The position numbers and the translations under genes were made by a program. This document shows positions 13,105 to 25,628 of a stretch of 64,000 bases of DNA, in pieces. Under the pieces are notes generated by a model. That model had not been told where the DNA came from, made no database searches, and was given only the letters and a program-made list of their open reading frames with translations. The number at the start of each line of letters is the position of its first letter. Within the stretch, counting starts at the first letter, position 1. The stretch is from Pristiophorus japonicus (lineage: Eukaryota), in NCBI RefSeq assembly GCF_044704955.1, contig NC_091999.1, positions 19,530,001 through 19,594,000 of the forward strand, in the 5' to 3' direction.

Positions 13105-14985
13105 AGTGTTAATGTAACATAACAGAGTGCCTAGTGATGTAATAACTGCGACAGTGCTTAGTGTAACGTAAACAGCGACAGAATGTAGTGCAATAATATC
13201 TGAGGAAGAGTCTCGTGTATTGTAAAGAGAGACAGGATATAGCGCAGTAATAACTGTGGCAGGGCCTAGTTTAAGTTAAATGGAGACAGGGCTTAGTGAA
13301 ATATACAGGTTCGAGTGTATTAACAACTGAGACAAACTTTCACGCAATATAAACTCAGAACCGGTCTAGCGTAATATGAACAGAGACACGGCCTAGTGTA
13401 ATATAAACAGAGAAAGGATCTATTGTGATATAAACTAAAACAGGGTCTAGTGTAATATAAAAAGTTACATGATCTAGTGTAATATAGAGACGGGGTCGAA
13501 TGGAATATATAGAGAGACAGTGTCGAGTGTAATATAAACATAAACGGCACCTCGTGCAATCCAAGCATGGAAACGGTCTAGTGCAGTATAAACAGAGACA
13601 GGGTCTAGTGCAGTAATAACAGAGTTGGTTCTTGTTAAATATGAACGCAGACAGTGGCCCACAAATTGCGGTCGGAGGCTTACCGCAGGTAATTGCCTTA
13701 GCCCAGAAACATTTCTATGAAATTACCTGGTGGTCCTGGGGGAGCCTGCAATTCCGTTAGGGAGGCCTTTTCTTCCCGTGCTCTGCAGCAGGCTCCCATC
13801 CGGACGGTTCCCACACAGAAGATGCAGTCACATATGACTACTCAGCCAATCAGGTACTTTATTCCACAGCTTTCCCATTAATAGCAATGAGAACTCCGTA
13901 GCTACGAGTTCTCATTGCGAAAAAAACAAACACACAAAAAAAAACAGACCTCACATAACTAATATTAATTTTCCGATTTTTTTAAAGTTTTGCAATTAGG
14001 GTTAAAAATAAACTTACCTCAGTGGGCAGAAATTCGAACAATACAAAGTGTTTATTTCATTTTATTTTATTATCGTTGTGTATATTTTAAGCACTTGCGC
14101 CTGAAAAGTAGGCTGTGTGCCTGCTGTTTCACGTGCAAGACTTTTGTGGACATTTGCTGGGCAAGATATGGATGAATCCCACAATCTTGTACTCGCTCCC
14201 GATGTGAGGACCATCTCTCAAGCTCCAGCTTGACAGATCGGAAAAGCCATTTTTCAGCACTTGCATATTGTGTACTGAAAACTGACATTTACGATGTCTT
14301 CCCAGGTCTGTAGAAACTTCGTACAGACAGGCAAGGCCGCAATTTCTGGGGAATTGCCCAGTGCAGTAATATGTGAAAGATGGTCTAGTGTAATATAAAC
14401 AGAGACAGGGCCTCGTGTAAAATAAAAAAAGACAAGGTGTGGTTCAATATATGCAGATACATGTTCTAGTTTAATATAAACAGATACATTGCCGAATGCA
14501 GTAATAAGTGAGAAGGGGGCTAGTGTAATAAAGATACAGACCATGTCTAGTGCAGTAAGAAGTGTGATAATGTATAATGTCATGTAAACAGAAACACTGC
14601 CTAGTGCAGTAAAACGGAGACAGGGAGTAGTGTAAAATAAATACAGTCAGGGTCTGGTGTGATGTAAAATATTTACATGATCTAGTGTAATATAAACAGA
14701 GAGGGTCTAGTGTAATATAAACAGATTCATGATCTAACGCAATAAGAACTGGGGCAGGAGCTAACGTCATATTGAAAGAGACAGCTTTGAGTGTAATATA
14801 AATTGAGACAGGTTCTATTGCAGTAAAGCTGAGACAGGTGTGAGTGTAATGTAAATGGATACAGGGTCTAGTGTAATATAAACAGAGATAGGGTCTGTTG
14901 CACTAAGTATAAATTCTAATGCAGTCATAACTGAGACAGTGTCTAATATAATTGAAACAGAGACAGGATCTAATGCAGTATAAAT
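13105..14985 (+). repeat. 27-bp satellite, split by a TIR element
   Basis: Same unit at 13105-13655 and 14355-14985. Confidence 0.88.
13656..14351. mobile_element. Non-autonomous TIR DNA transposon (MITE-like)
   Basis: Left end CCCACAAATTGCGGTC versus reverse complement of the right end CCCAGAAATTGCGGCC (14/16 match). Satellite sequence resumes on both sides. No transposase ORF. Confidence 0.65.
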
Positions 14986-15394
14986 GCTACAGGTACTAAT
15001 GAAAGATAACGGGGGAGAAATTGGCCTCAGTTTCTCCTCCCAATAGCACCTCTGGGTGGGGGGAAGGGAGAATAGTAATGGGACGCTTTCAGCTTGATGA
15101 ACAGTAGTGGCGAGAGGATTGATGCCCACAAAATTGTCATTGAGTTTTCCATCCTTGGCAACCTCTAGTGCCACGATCTACTGCTCCCGAACATCGTGAC
15201 GTTATCCAGCTGCATAACGACCCAGTAGCGCCCCGGATCCAAATTCGGTTCTGACCCCTGCTGCATCGCCACGCGACAACAGCGTCAGCTGCAGGAGTCC
15301 CACCGCTTGTGGAGTGGTATTTAATGTTAAGGCTGCTTGTGTCAATGATAAATTTGTTTTCACCCTTAGGCTTATTTTCAAATTTTCAAGTGCC

Positions 15395-15670
15395 AGTTAT
15401 ACCGTCTCAATTATTACCGCACTAGACCCTCTCTCTGTTTAAATTAAACCAGGCCCTATCCCTGTTTATATTAAACTAGATCTTGTCCCTATTTGTATTA
15501 CACTTGACCCTGCCTCTATTTATATTACAGTAGACGATTTCTGTTTTTATTACAGTAGGGCCGGTCTCTGTTTATATTAGAGCAGATACCTCTCAGTTAT
15601 TATTGCACTAGATCCTGTCTCTCTTTGCATTACATTAGACGCTGTCTCTGTTTATATTTCACTTCACCAT
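15395..15670 (-). repeat. 27-bp satellite in inverted orientation
   Basis: Units of CTGTTTATATTACACTAGACCCTGTCT type. Confidence 0.85.
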
Positions 15671-17289
15671 CTTTCGATTTCCAATATATATCCATGTCCC
15701 TCTTTGAAAGTTTTTATTGAGATGGTTCTACCACCCTTTCAGAAATACATTCCAGATTATTGCAACTCGCCATGTAAAAAAATATCCTTTATTTTCCCTC
15801 TGGACTTAGTTTGTCAATTATATTAAATCTCTGTCCTGTGGTGACCGACACGCCTGCCGGTAGAATCCATATCATGTTATCAATGCTATCCAACCTCTTC
15901 ACAATTTTAACACCTCTATTAATTCTCCACATAACCTTCTCTAGTATAAGAAAATGAACATAATGGAAATTCCTTCTCCCTCGTGTCAATCTCCTTTGCA
16001 CCCTCTCCAAAGAGTTGACATCTTTCCTAATGTGTGGATTGAAATATATTCAATCTTTATTTCTCCTTCAGATTATTGCTGAGGATAAATGCTCTCTTCA
16101 AATTGGACTGCCTGAGCAGTAATCTGAATGATATTAAAATTGATAAAACATATTTTACTTGTTCTGACAGTGCAGGCAGTTACTGAAATGTTAAGAAATT
16201 TTGGACATATCAGCATTAATCATGATTCATGATTAAATAAGTTCATTGTCACCACCTGCTGATGAGCAACATCTAGTACAGGCGCCAGAGTTGATTTTAA
16301 GCATGATTGATAATTCCAGACAAATAACTTGCATGAAGTTAGTGACGTTCACCCAGAGGAGTTTCTTAGAGCAAACCACATGAGGACCAAGAGATCAGGT
16401 CGAATTAAGGAAGAAATTACCAACATTACTGTTATAAATTCACCTTCAGCTCATCTTACAGAGCCGTCAGCTAAGATACACTTCCTTAAGGAATAAAAAC
16501 CCCACAGGAAAAATGGCCCAACCGTGGCTCACAGGGAAAGTTAAATATAATATTAGATTAACCGAACAGGCTTAGAATGTTCCCAACAAAGCGATTGGGA
16601 GGATTTTCGAATTCAGCAAAAGATGACCAGGCAATTGTTAAAGTGAGCGAAAATACAACATGAGAATAAACTAGCAAACAAATAACAGCTTCGACAAGTA
16701 ACAAAATGATGACTTAGATTTGGGTACCGTGTTTAAGTTATCTAAGTTTGCTGACAATACGAGGTTAGGTAGGAAAGTAACAGTAAGGAGGAAATAAAAA
16801 GGCTGCAATGGCATATAAACAGATTTATAGTAAGTCAGCAAGGTCATAGAAGTTTAATGGAAGATGCGATACAGGTGGTCAAGATAGTGAAGTATTTTGA
16901 TAGCTTATAATATGTTCTACCGTTTCCAGTGGAATACAAATCATTAACCAGTGTTCAGAGATTCAACATGAATGGCTAAAGAACCAAAGGGAATATTACA
17001 TAGATATTATGTAGAATTACGTCGAATAAACAGCATAAAAAAGGGTCATTCGGCTCCACAGTACATACTGGCGTTCATGCTCCACTCGAGCTTCCTCCCA
17101 CCATTTCTTGTTTACATCTATCAGCATAACCCTCTAGTCCCTTCAATCCCCATATGATTAGCTAGCCTCCCTTCAATGTAATCGCTCCCCGTTCTGGCGA
17201 GTACTCACCACTCTCTGAGGCATCTGCACAGACTAAATTGCAGGAAACTGTTTCCAATGTTAGAAGCGTCCAGAACCAGAGGACACAAA

Positions 17290-18030
17290 TTTAGGAAAAG
17301 GAGAGGTGCAACGAGACCTGGTTATCATGGTTCATCAGTCATTGAAAGTTGGCATACAGGTACAACAGGCGGTGAAGAAGACAAATGATATGTCATAGCT
17401 AGGGAATTTGAGTGTAGGAGCAGAGAGGTCTTACTGCAGTTGTACAGGGCCATGGTGAGGCCTCACCTGTAATATTGTGTTCAGTTTTGGTCTCCGAATC
17501 TGAGGAAGGACGTTCTTGCTATTGAGGGAGTGCAGCGAAGGATCACAGACTGATTCCAGGGATGGATGGACTGATATATGAGGAGAGATTGGATCAACTG
17601 GGCCTTTATAAATTCGAGTTTAAAAGGATGAGAGGAGATCACGTAGAAATGTATAACATTCTGATGGGACGGGACAGGTTAGATGCGGGTACAATGTTCC
17701 CGATGTTGGGGATGTCCAGAACAGGGAGACAAAGTCTTAGGATAAGGGATAGGCCATTTAGGACTGAGATGAGGAGAAACTGTTTCACTCAGAGAGTTAT
17801 TAACCTCTGGAATTCCCTGCAGCAGAGAGTTGTTGATGCCAATTCATTGGATATATTCAAGAGGGAGTTAGAAATGGCCCTTACGGCTAAGGGGATCAAG
17901 GGGTATGGAGAGAAAGCAGGAAAGGGGTACTCAGGGAATGATCAGCCATGATCTTATTGAATGATGGAGCAGGCTCGAGGGGCCGAGTGGGCTACTCCTG
18001 CTCCTGTTTCTTGTGTTCTTATGTTCTTAT
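17290..18030 (+). mobile_element. CR1 LINE 3' end
   Basis: YEERLDQLGLY...RTEMRRNCFTQRVINLWNSL; (TTCTTATG)n tail. Confidence 0.93.
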
Positions 18031-21000
18031 TATCCTGCATTGCAAAACAATCCAACATTGCACTTGCCTTCCTAATTCCTATCAATGTGGATAACCTCAC
18101 ATTTTCCGACATTATAATTCATCTGCTTAATTTTTGCCCTCTCAGGCTGTCGCGTCCTCCTCACAACATACTTTAGTATCATCAGCAAATGTGGCTACAT
18201 TACACTCGGTCCCTTCATCCAAGTCATTAATATAGCTTGGAAATAGTTGAGGACACAACACTGATCCTTGTGGCACCCCACTCGGTTCAGTTTGACTACC
18301 TGAAAATGAACCATTTATCCCGATTCTCTGTTTTCTATTAGTTAGCCAAACCTATACCCTTGCTAATATATTATCCCAAATCCGTGAGCACTTGTCTTGT
18401 GCAGTAACATTTTGCATGGTATCTTGTCGAATGCCTTCCTAAAATCCAAATACACGAAATCTAATGGTACCGCATTTAGCCACCCCACTCGTGATATCCT
18501 CAAAGAACTCCAGCAAATTGTCAAACATGATTTATCTTTCATAAAATCATGCTGACTCTGCTTGACTATATTGTGATTTTCTAAATGGCCTGCTTCTATT
18601 TCCTTAATATTGGTCTCCAGTATTTGCCCAATGAAAGATGTTAGGCTAACTGGTCTATAGTTTCTGCTTTCTTTATCCCTCCTTTCTTGAATAGTGCCGC
18701 TTTATTTGTGGTTTTACAATCCCGTGGTACCTCTCCAGAATCCAGGGGTTTTTGTAGATTGCAAGCAATGCATCCACTATCTCTACAGCTATTTATGTTA
18801 AGATCTCAGAATGCAGGTCGTCAGGTTCAGGGAATTGTACACCATGAGTCCTATTATGTTACCGAGTCCCTTTTCTCCAATGATAGAGATTGTTTTAATT
18901 CTCCCTCCCTATAGCCCATTGATTATTTATTATTAGGATGCTTTTAGTGTCTTCGAGCGTGAAGACCGATAACAATATTTATTGAAAATCTCTCCCAATT
19001 TTCGGTTTCCAATTATTTATCACAGAATACTTAATGTGACTTTGATTTTATCTGGATTTCTAATTGTGTTTTTAACAGATAACTTGCAACAATTTGAAGA
19101 GTTTATTAAATCTATGACAAATGATAATTTTGATGTCCCTTTATTATTTCGTTTGGCAAACTGATTAATTTAGGACAGCAATAAAATTATTAAAGATTCT
19201 TTTACTGAAAGCACAAAATAGATAGAATCCATCGTTTTGCTGAGTTCGAAACACCAGTCAGTGTACAATCTGTATTTTAAGGATGTAACCGGGAGAGAAG
19301 AGGTGAAGAGTCACATCGGTGAGCCACGTTCCGACTGCTGATTCCATTCTAACATATAGCACATTTTAAGAGCCCGAGGAATAGTGTCCGATAGAGAAAC
19401 CAACACATACAATAGTCACAGCAAACTTCCAGGAATGTTACCAATATTGGTGATCGCAAGTTCTTTGGTTGTTTTGGCAACGAATGCCGCTTGTTATAAG
19501 GATTGATTATAAATAACGAAATAGATTTATATAGCGCCTTTCATGTCCACCAGCACTTTACAGCCAATTAAGTAAGTTTGGAGTGTAGTCACTGTTATGA
19601 GTCAACTATTCTGAATACCAGGTGCTCCGATCACACGGGGGGCGATGTTCTATATTAAGGACTTGGAAGAAGGGACTGAGTATAACGTAGCCAAGTTTGC
19701 TGACGATACAATGACGGGAGGAAAAGCAATGTGTGAGAAGGATACAAAAAATCTGCAAAAAGACATAGACATGCTAAGTGAGTGGCAAAAATTTGGCAGA
19801 TGGACTATAATGTTGGAAAGTGTGAGGTCATGCACGTTGACAGAAAAAAATCAAAGATTAAGTTATTATTTAAATGGATAAAATTGCAAAGTGCTGCAGT
19901 ACAGCGGGATCTAGGAGTGCGTGTGCGTCAAACACAAAAGGATAGTATAAGCATAAGAACATAAGAATTAGGAAAAGGAGTCGGCCATCTAGCCCCTCGA
20001 GCCTGCTCTGCCATTTAACAAGATCATGGTTGATCTGGCCGAGGACTCAGCTCCACTTACCCACCCTCTCCCCGTAACCCTGAATACCCTTATTGATTAA
20101 AAATCTATCTATCTGTGATTTGAATACATTCAAGGAGCAAGCCTCAACTGCTTCCCTGAGCAGAGAATTCCACATATTCACAGCCCTCTGGGAGAATTAA
20201 TTCCCTCTCAACTCGGTTTTAAATCGGCTCCCCCGTATTTTGAGGCTGTGCCCCCGAGTTATAGTCTCCACGACCAGTGGAAACAACGTCTCTGCCTCTA
20301 TCTTGTCTATCCCCTTCATTATATTAAATGTTTCTATAAAATCACCCGTCATCCTTCTGAACTCCAACGAGTAAAGACCCAGTCTACTCAATCTATCATC
20401 ATAAGGTAATCCCCTCATCTCCGGAATCAGCCTAGTGAATCGTCTCTGTACCTCCTCCAAAGCTAGCATATCCTTCCTTAAGTTAGGTGACCAAAACTGC
20501 ACGCAGTACTCCAGGTGCGGCCTCAGCAATAGTCTATAAAGTTGCAGCAGGACCTCCCTGCTTTTGTACTCCATTCCTCTCGCAATGAAGGCCAACAGGA
20601 CCCTCTGCACCGCAGCATGTTGCAATTTCTCTCCATTCAAATAATATTCCCTTTTACTGTTTTTTATTCCCAAGGTGGATGATCTCACACTTTCCGACAT
20701 TGTATTGCATCTGCCAAACTTTAGCCCATTCGCTTCACCTATCTAAATCTCTTTGCAGCCTCTCTGTGTCCTCTACACAACCCGCTTTCCCACCAATCTT
20801 TGTGTCATCTGCAAATGTTGTTACACTACACTCTGTACCCTCTTCCAGATCATCTATGTATATTGTAAACAGTTGTGGTCCCAGCACCAATCCCTGTGGC
20901 ACACCACTAACCACCGATTTTCAACCCGAAAAGGACCCATTTATCCCAACTCTCTGCTTTCTGTTAGCCAGCCAATTCTCTATCCATGCTAATACATTTC

Positions 21001-23268
21001 CTCTGACTCCACGTACCTTTATCTTCTGCAGTAACCTTTTGTGTGGCACCTTATCGAAAGCCTTTTGGAAATCTAAATACACCACATCCATCGGTACACC
21101 TTTATCCACCATGCTCGTTTTCTCCTCAAAGAATTCCAGTAAATTAGTTAAACATGATTTACCCTTCATGAATCCATGTTGAATCTGCATGATTGTACTA
21201 TTCCTATCTCGATGTTCCGTTATTTCTTCCTTAAAGATAGCTTCAGGCATTTTCCCCACTACAGATGTTAAAATAACTGGCCTCTAGTTACCTGCCTTTT
21301 GTCTGCCCCCTTTTTTTAAACAGTGGCGTTATATTAGCTGCTTCCCAATCCGCTGGTACCTTCCAGAGTCCAGCGAATTTTGGTAGATTATAACAAATGC
21401 ATCAGCTATAACTTCCACCATTTGTTTTAATACCCTGGGATGCATTTCATCAGGAACAGGGGACTTGTCCCATTAGCCTGTCCAGCACTACCCCACTAGT
21501 GATAGTGATTGTCTCGAGGTCCTCACTTCCCACATTCCTGTGACCAGCAATTTATGGAATGATTTTTGTGTCTTCCACTGTGAAGACCGAAGCAAAATAA
21601 TTGTTTAAGGTCTCAGCCATTTCCACATTTCCCATTATTAAATCCCCCGACTCATCTTCTAAGTGACCAACATTTACTTTAGTCACTCTTTTCGTTTTAT
21701 ATATCGGTAAAAGCTTTTACTATCTGTGTTTATGTTTTGCACAAGTTTACTTTCGTAATCTATCTTTCCTTTCTTTATTGCTTTCTTAGTAATTCATGGC
21801 TGTCGTTTAAAATTTTCATAATCTCTTAGTTTCCCACTAACCTTGGCCACCTTATACACATTGGTTTTTAATATGACAGTCTCCTTTATTTCCTTGCTTC
21901 TCAATGGCTGGTATCCCTTCGGTTACCTCCCTTCTTTTTCAATGGAATATATTTTTGTTGAGCACTATGAAAGAGCTCCTTAAAAGTCCTCTACTGTTCC
22001 TCAATTTTGCCACCGCTTAATCTGTGTTTCCAGTCTACTTTAGCCAACTCTGCCCTCATCCCACTGTAGTCCCCTTTGTTTAAGCATAGTACGCTCGTTT
22101 GAGACACTACTTCCTCACCCTCAATCTGTATTACAAATTCAACCATACTGTGATCACTCATTCCGAGAGGATATTTTACTAGGAGATCGTTTATTATTCC
22201 TGTCTCATTACACAGGACCAGATCTAAGATAGCTTGCACCCTTTTACGTTCTCTAACATACTGTTCTAAGAAACAATCCTGTATGCATTCTATGAATTCC
22301 TCCTCAAGGCTACCCCATGCGATTTGATTTGACCAATCGATTTGTAGGTTAAAATCCCTCATGATTACGGCCGTTCCTTTTTCACATGCCTCCATTATTC
22401 CCTTGATTATTGCCCGCCCCACCGTGAAGTTATTATTTGGGGGCCTATAAACTACGCCGACCAGTGACTTATTCCCCTTACTATCTCTAATCTCCACCCA
22501 CAATGATTCAACATTTTGTTCATTAGAGCCAATATCGTCTCTCACAACTGCCCTGATATCTTCCTTTATTAACAGAGCTACTCCACCTCCTTTCCCTTCT
22601 TGTCTATCTTTTCGAATTGTCAGATACCCCTGTATGTTTATTTCCCAGTCTTGGCCACCCTGCAACCACGTTTCTGTAATGGCAACCAAATCATACCAAT
22701 TTGTAATGATTTGTGCCGTCAACTCATTTACTTTATTTCGAATGCTGCGTGCGTTTAGGTAGAGTGTTTTAATACTAGTTTTTAAGCCATGATTTTTAGT
22801 TTTGAACCCTCCTGCAGTCCCTTTATATTCATACATATTGTCCCTTCATATCACCTTGTGGTTTACACTTACCCCAGTGCTACTCTGCTGTGTTGCCTCC
22901 TGCCTTTTGCATTCTTTCTTGGGATCCTGTTCATCTGAGCTCTCACCCATTATAACAAGCTGTATGTAGGTACAGCAAGTGATCGCGAAGGCCAATGGTA
23001 TCTTGGACTTTACTGTGAAGAGGATGGAGTATAAAAGCAGGAAAGTCTTACTACGGCTATATAAAATATTGGCGATGCCAGACACGGAATACTGCATGCA
23101 ATTTTGGTTTTCATATTTAAAAAAGGATATACTTGCTTTGGAGGCAGTTCGGAGAAGGTTTACAAGGTTGATTCCGGAGATGAGAGGCTTGTCTTATGAG
23201 GAAAGCTTGCGTAGGGTGGGCCTTTACTCATTGGAGTTCAGAAGAATGTGAGGTGATCTTATCGAAAT
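17960..23268 (+). repeat. Segmental duplication, copy A (paralogous to about 40050-42605), carrying an extra 3 kb CR1
   Basis: Same ordered mosaic and junctions in both copies: CR1 tail, reverse CR1, non-repeat spacer (19020-19500 versus 41105-41840), SINE tail, forward CR1. Confidence 0.9.
19949..22961 (-). mobile_element. CR1 LINE with near-complete, disrupted ORF2 (APE endonuclease and reverse transcriptase)
   Basis: YLNARSIRNK, AITETWL, GGGVALLIK, VYRPP, SDH endonuclease motifs; QHGFMKGKSCLTNLL and YLDFQKAFDKVPH RT motifs. 3' tail at about 19950. GTAT occurs at both flanks. Confidence 0.95.
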
Positions 23269-23269
23269 T

Positions 23270-23660
23270 CTCTGTTTTCTCTCTCACTCCTTTTTTATAA
23301 AGTGGGGTTACATTGGCTACCCTCCACTCGATAGGAACTGATCCAGTGTCTATGGAATGTTAGAAAATGACTGCCAATGCATCTGCTATTTCCAAGGCCA
23401 TCTCCTTCCGTACTCTGGGATGCAGTCCATCAGGCCCTAGGTATTTATCGGCCTTCAATCCCATCAATTTCCCTAAAACAATTTCCCGACTGATAAGGAT
23501 TTCCCTCCGTTCCTCCTTCTTGCTAGACCCTCTGACCTCTTTTATTTCCGGAAGTTTGTTTATGTCCTCCTTAGTGAATACCGAACCAAAGTACTTGTTC
23601 AATTGGTCTGCCATTTCTTTGTTGCCCGTTATGACTTCCCCTGATTCTGACTGCAGGGGA
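23270..23660 (-). mobile_element. CR1 ORF2 internal fragment
   Basis: NKEMADQLNKYFGSVFT...GPDGLHPRV. Confidence 0.9.
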
Positions 23661-24764
23661 ATCGTCAGATTCTCGACCAAGTTTGTCCCTTTGTAAATTT
23701 ATGACTGGATTAATTGTAAGGGGTGAGCTTACAGTTTTCCAAGGAATATTTAAACCGGAGCTGGTGGATTGAGCATGCACTATAGAATGTTTGTCTGCAA
23801 AGACAAAAAGATAATAGTCGAAACATGTTCCTGTTTTAGCAGAAACAAAAAATGAAAGCAGGCAGAGAACATACCTAATGTAAGGGCTTTGTCTGTGTGT
23901 AGGCGCTTTGTGGAGAAGTTATGAGACACAGGCTGAAATAGGGGTTTGAAGATATGATGAGCGAAGCTCTCAGATGAGTTTGATGCAGCCAGCGTCCACG
24001 CTGTGTAAGCTGCTAATTCCGGCCTGGATCGTCACGGTGTTGTGGTGCAAATGTTTGATGTGATACAGGAATCGGAAGATAAAGTCCGCAGCTTAGTAGT
24101 TAAGGTGGACAGGCTGCAGTTAGAAAAGGTGCTGGAAAAAGTGTGGCTGCAGAAATAGAAACAAATACAGGAACAGAAAGAAATACCGAACCTGGAACAG
24201 AAGAAGACACAAAAAGAACATGGCCATGGGCTGATGAAAGAATAGTCTGAGGTGTTGTTCATTTATTCGGTGAAGGAAGCAGTGGAAAGGAAACTAATAC
24301 AGAAACAATTAAAAATAAAACGAAAGAGAAAAACTTGCTCAGAGGCAATTAAAGTTTCTTTACGAATGGGCTATCTCAGAACTGGTGAGATGATCAGTGA
24401 AAAGGTGAAATATGGGAGTTTAAGCATGGCCTAAAGCAATGCGGAATGGGAGTTGGAATGTTTAAAACGTTGAGAGAGACAATGAGAGCAGTTCATAAGC
24501 GTGAACTGAGAAAAGGACTCGGACTCCCAGCTGAAGCTTCAGCTTTCCCTTTTTAGATTTTGGGATTTTGGAATAAGAACAAACGGATACTTTGTTGTGC
24601 TGGTTACATCCAATTATTAGCCTGTCTGTAAAGTCCTTCTGAAAATAATCTATCACCAATTTGGAAAAACAATAGAAAAGCAAATTATTATTTAAATGGA
24701 GAAACATTGAAAAGTATGGCAGTACAGACGGTCATTGTGCATGAAACACAAAAGGTTGGTTACA

Positions 24765-25628
24765 TAGAATAATAGAAAATAGGTGCAGGAGTAGGCCATT
24801 CGGCCCATCGAGCCTGCACCAAAATTCAACAAGATCATGGCTGATTATTCACCTCAGTACCCCTTTCTTGATTTCTCTCCATACCCCTTGATAACCTTAG
24901 CCCTAAGTGCCATATCTAACTCTCTCTTGAATATATCTAACGAACTGGCATCAACAACTCTCTGCAGTAGAGATTTCCACAGGTTAACGACTCTCTGAGT
25001 GAAGAAGTTTCTCCTCATCTCGGTCCTAAATGGCTTACCCCTTATACTTAGACTGTGACCACTGGTTCTGGACTTCCCCAATACAGGGAATGTTGTTCCT
25101 GCATCTAACCTGTCCAGTCCCCTCCTCCTTCTGAACTCCAATGAATACAAGCCGAGTCGATCCAGTCTCTCCTCAATGGTCAGTCCTGTCATCCTGGGAA
25201 TCAGTCTGGTGAATCTTCGCTGCACTCCCTCAATAGCAAGATTGTCCTTACTCAAGTTAGGAGACCAAAACTGTACACAATACTCCAGGTGTGGCCTCAC
25301 CAAGGCCCTGTACAACTGTAGCAACACCTCCCTGCCCCTGTACTCAAATCCCCTCGCTATGAAGGCCAACATACCATTTGCTTTCTTAACCGCCTGCTGT
25401 AACTGCATGCCAACCTTCAATGACTGATGCACCATAACACCCAGGTCTCGTTGCACCTCCCCTTTTCCTAATCTGCCGCCATTCAGATAATATTGTGCCT
25501 TCATGTTTTTGCCACAGAAGTGGATAACCATACATTTATCGACATTACAGTGCATTTACCAGGCATTTGCCAGCCACTCCCTTAACCTGTCCAAGTCACC
25601 CTGCAGCCTCTCAGCATCCTCCTCACAG
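24765..25628 (-). mobile_element. CR1 LINE 3' end
   Basis: 233-aa ORF containing LVRPHLEYCVQFWSP; CR1 3' UTR. Confidence 0.93.

Noticed and set aside
19200-19310. Minus-strand polypyrimidine tract plus AG in the duplicated spacer as an exon start
   Set aside because: The downstream frame is short, differs between the two copies and resembles nothing recognisable.
23950-24434. Lys/Glu/Gln-rich coiled-coil-like reading frame
   Set aside because: Interrupted by stops and lacking a diagnostic motif. Possibly a decayed retroelement ORF, but not supportable.
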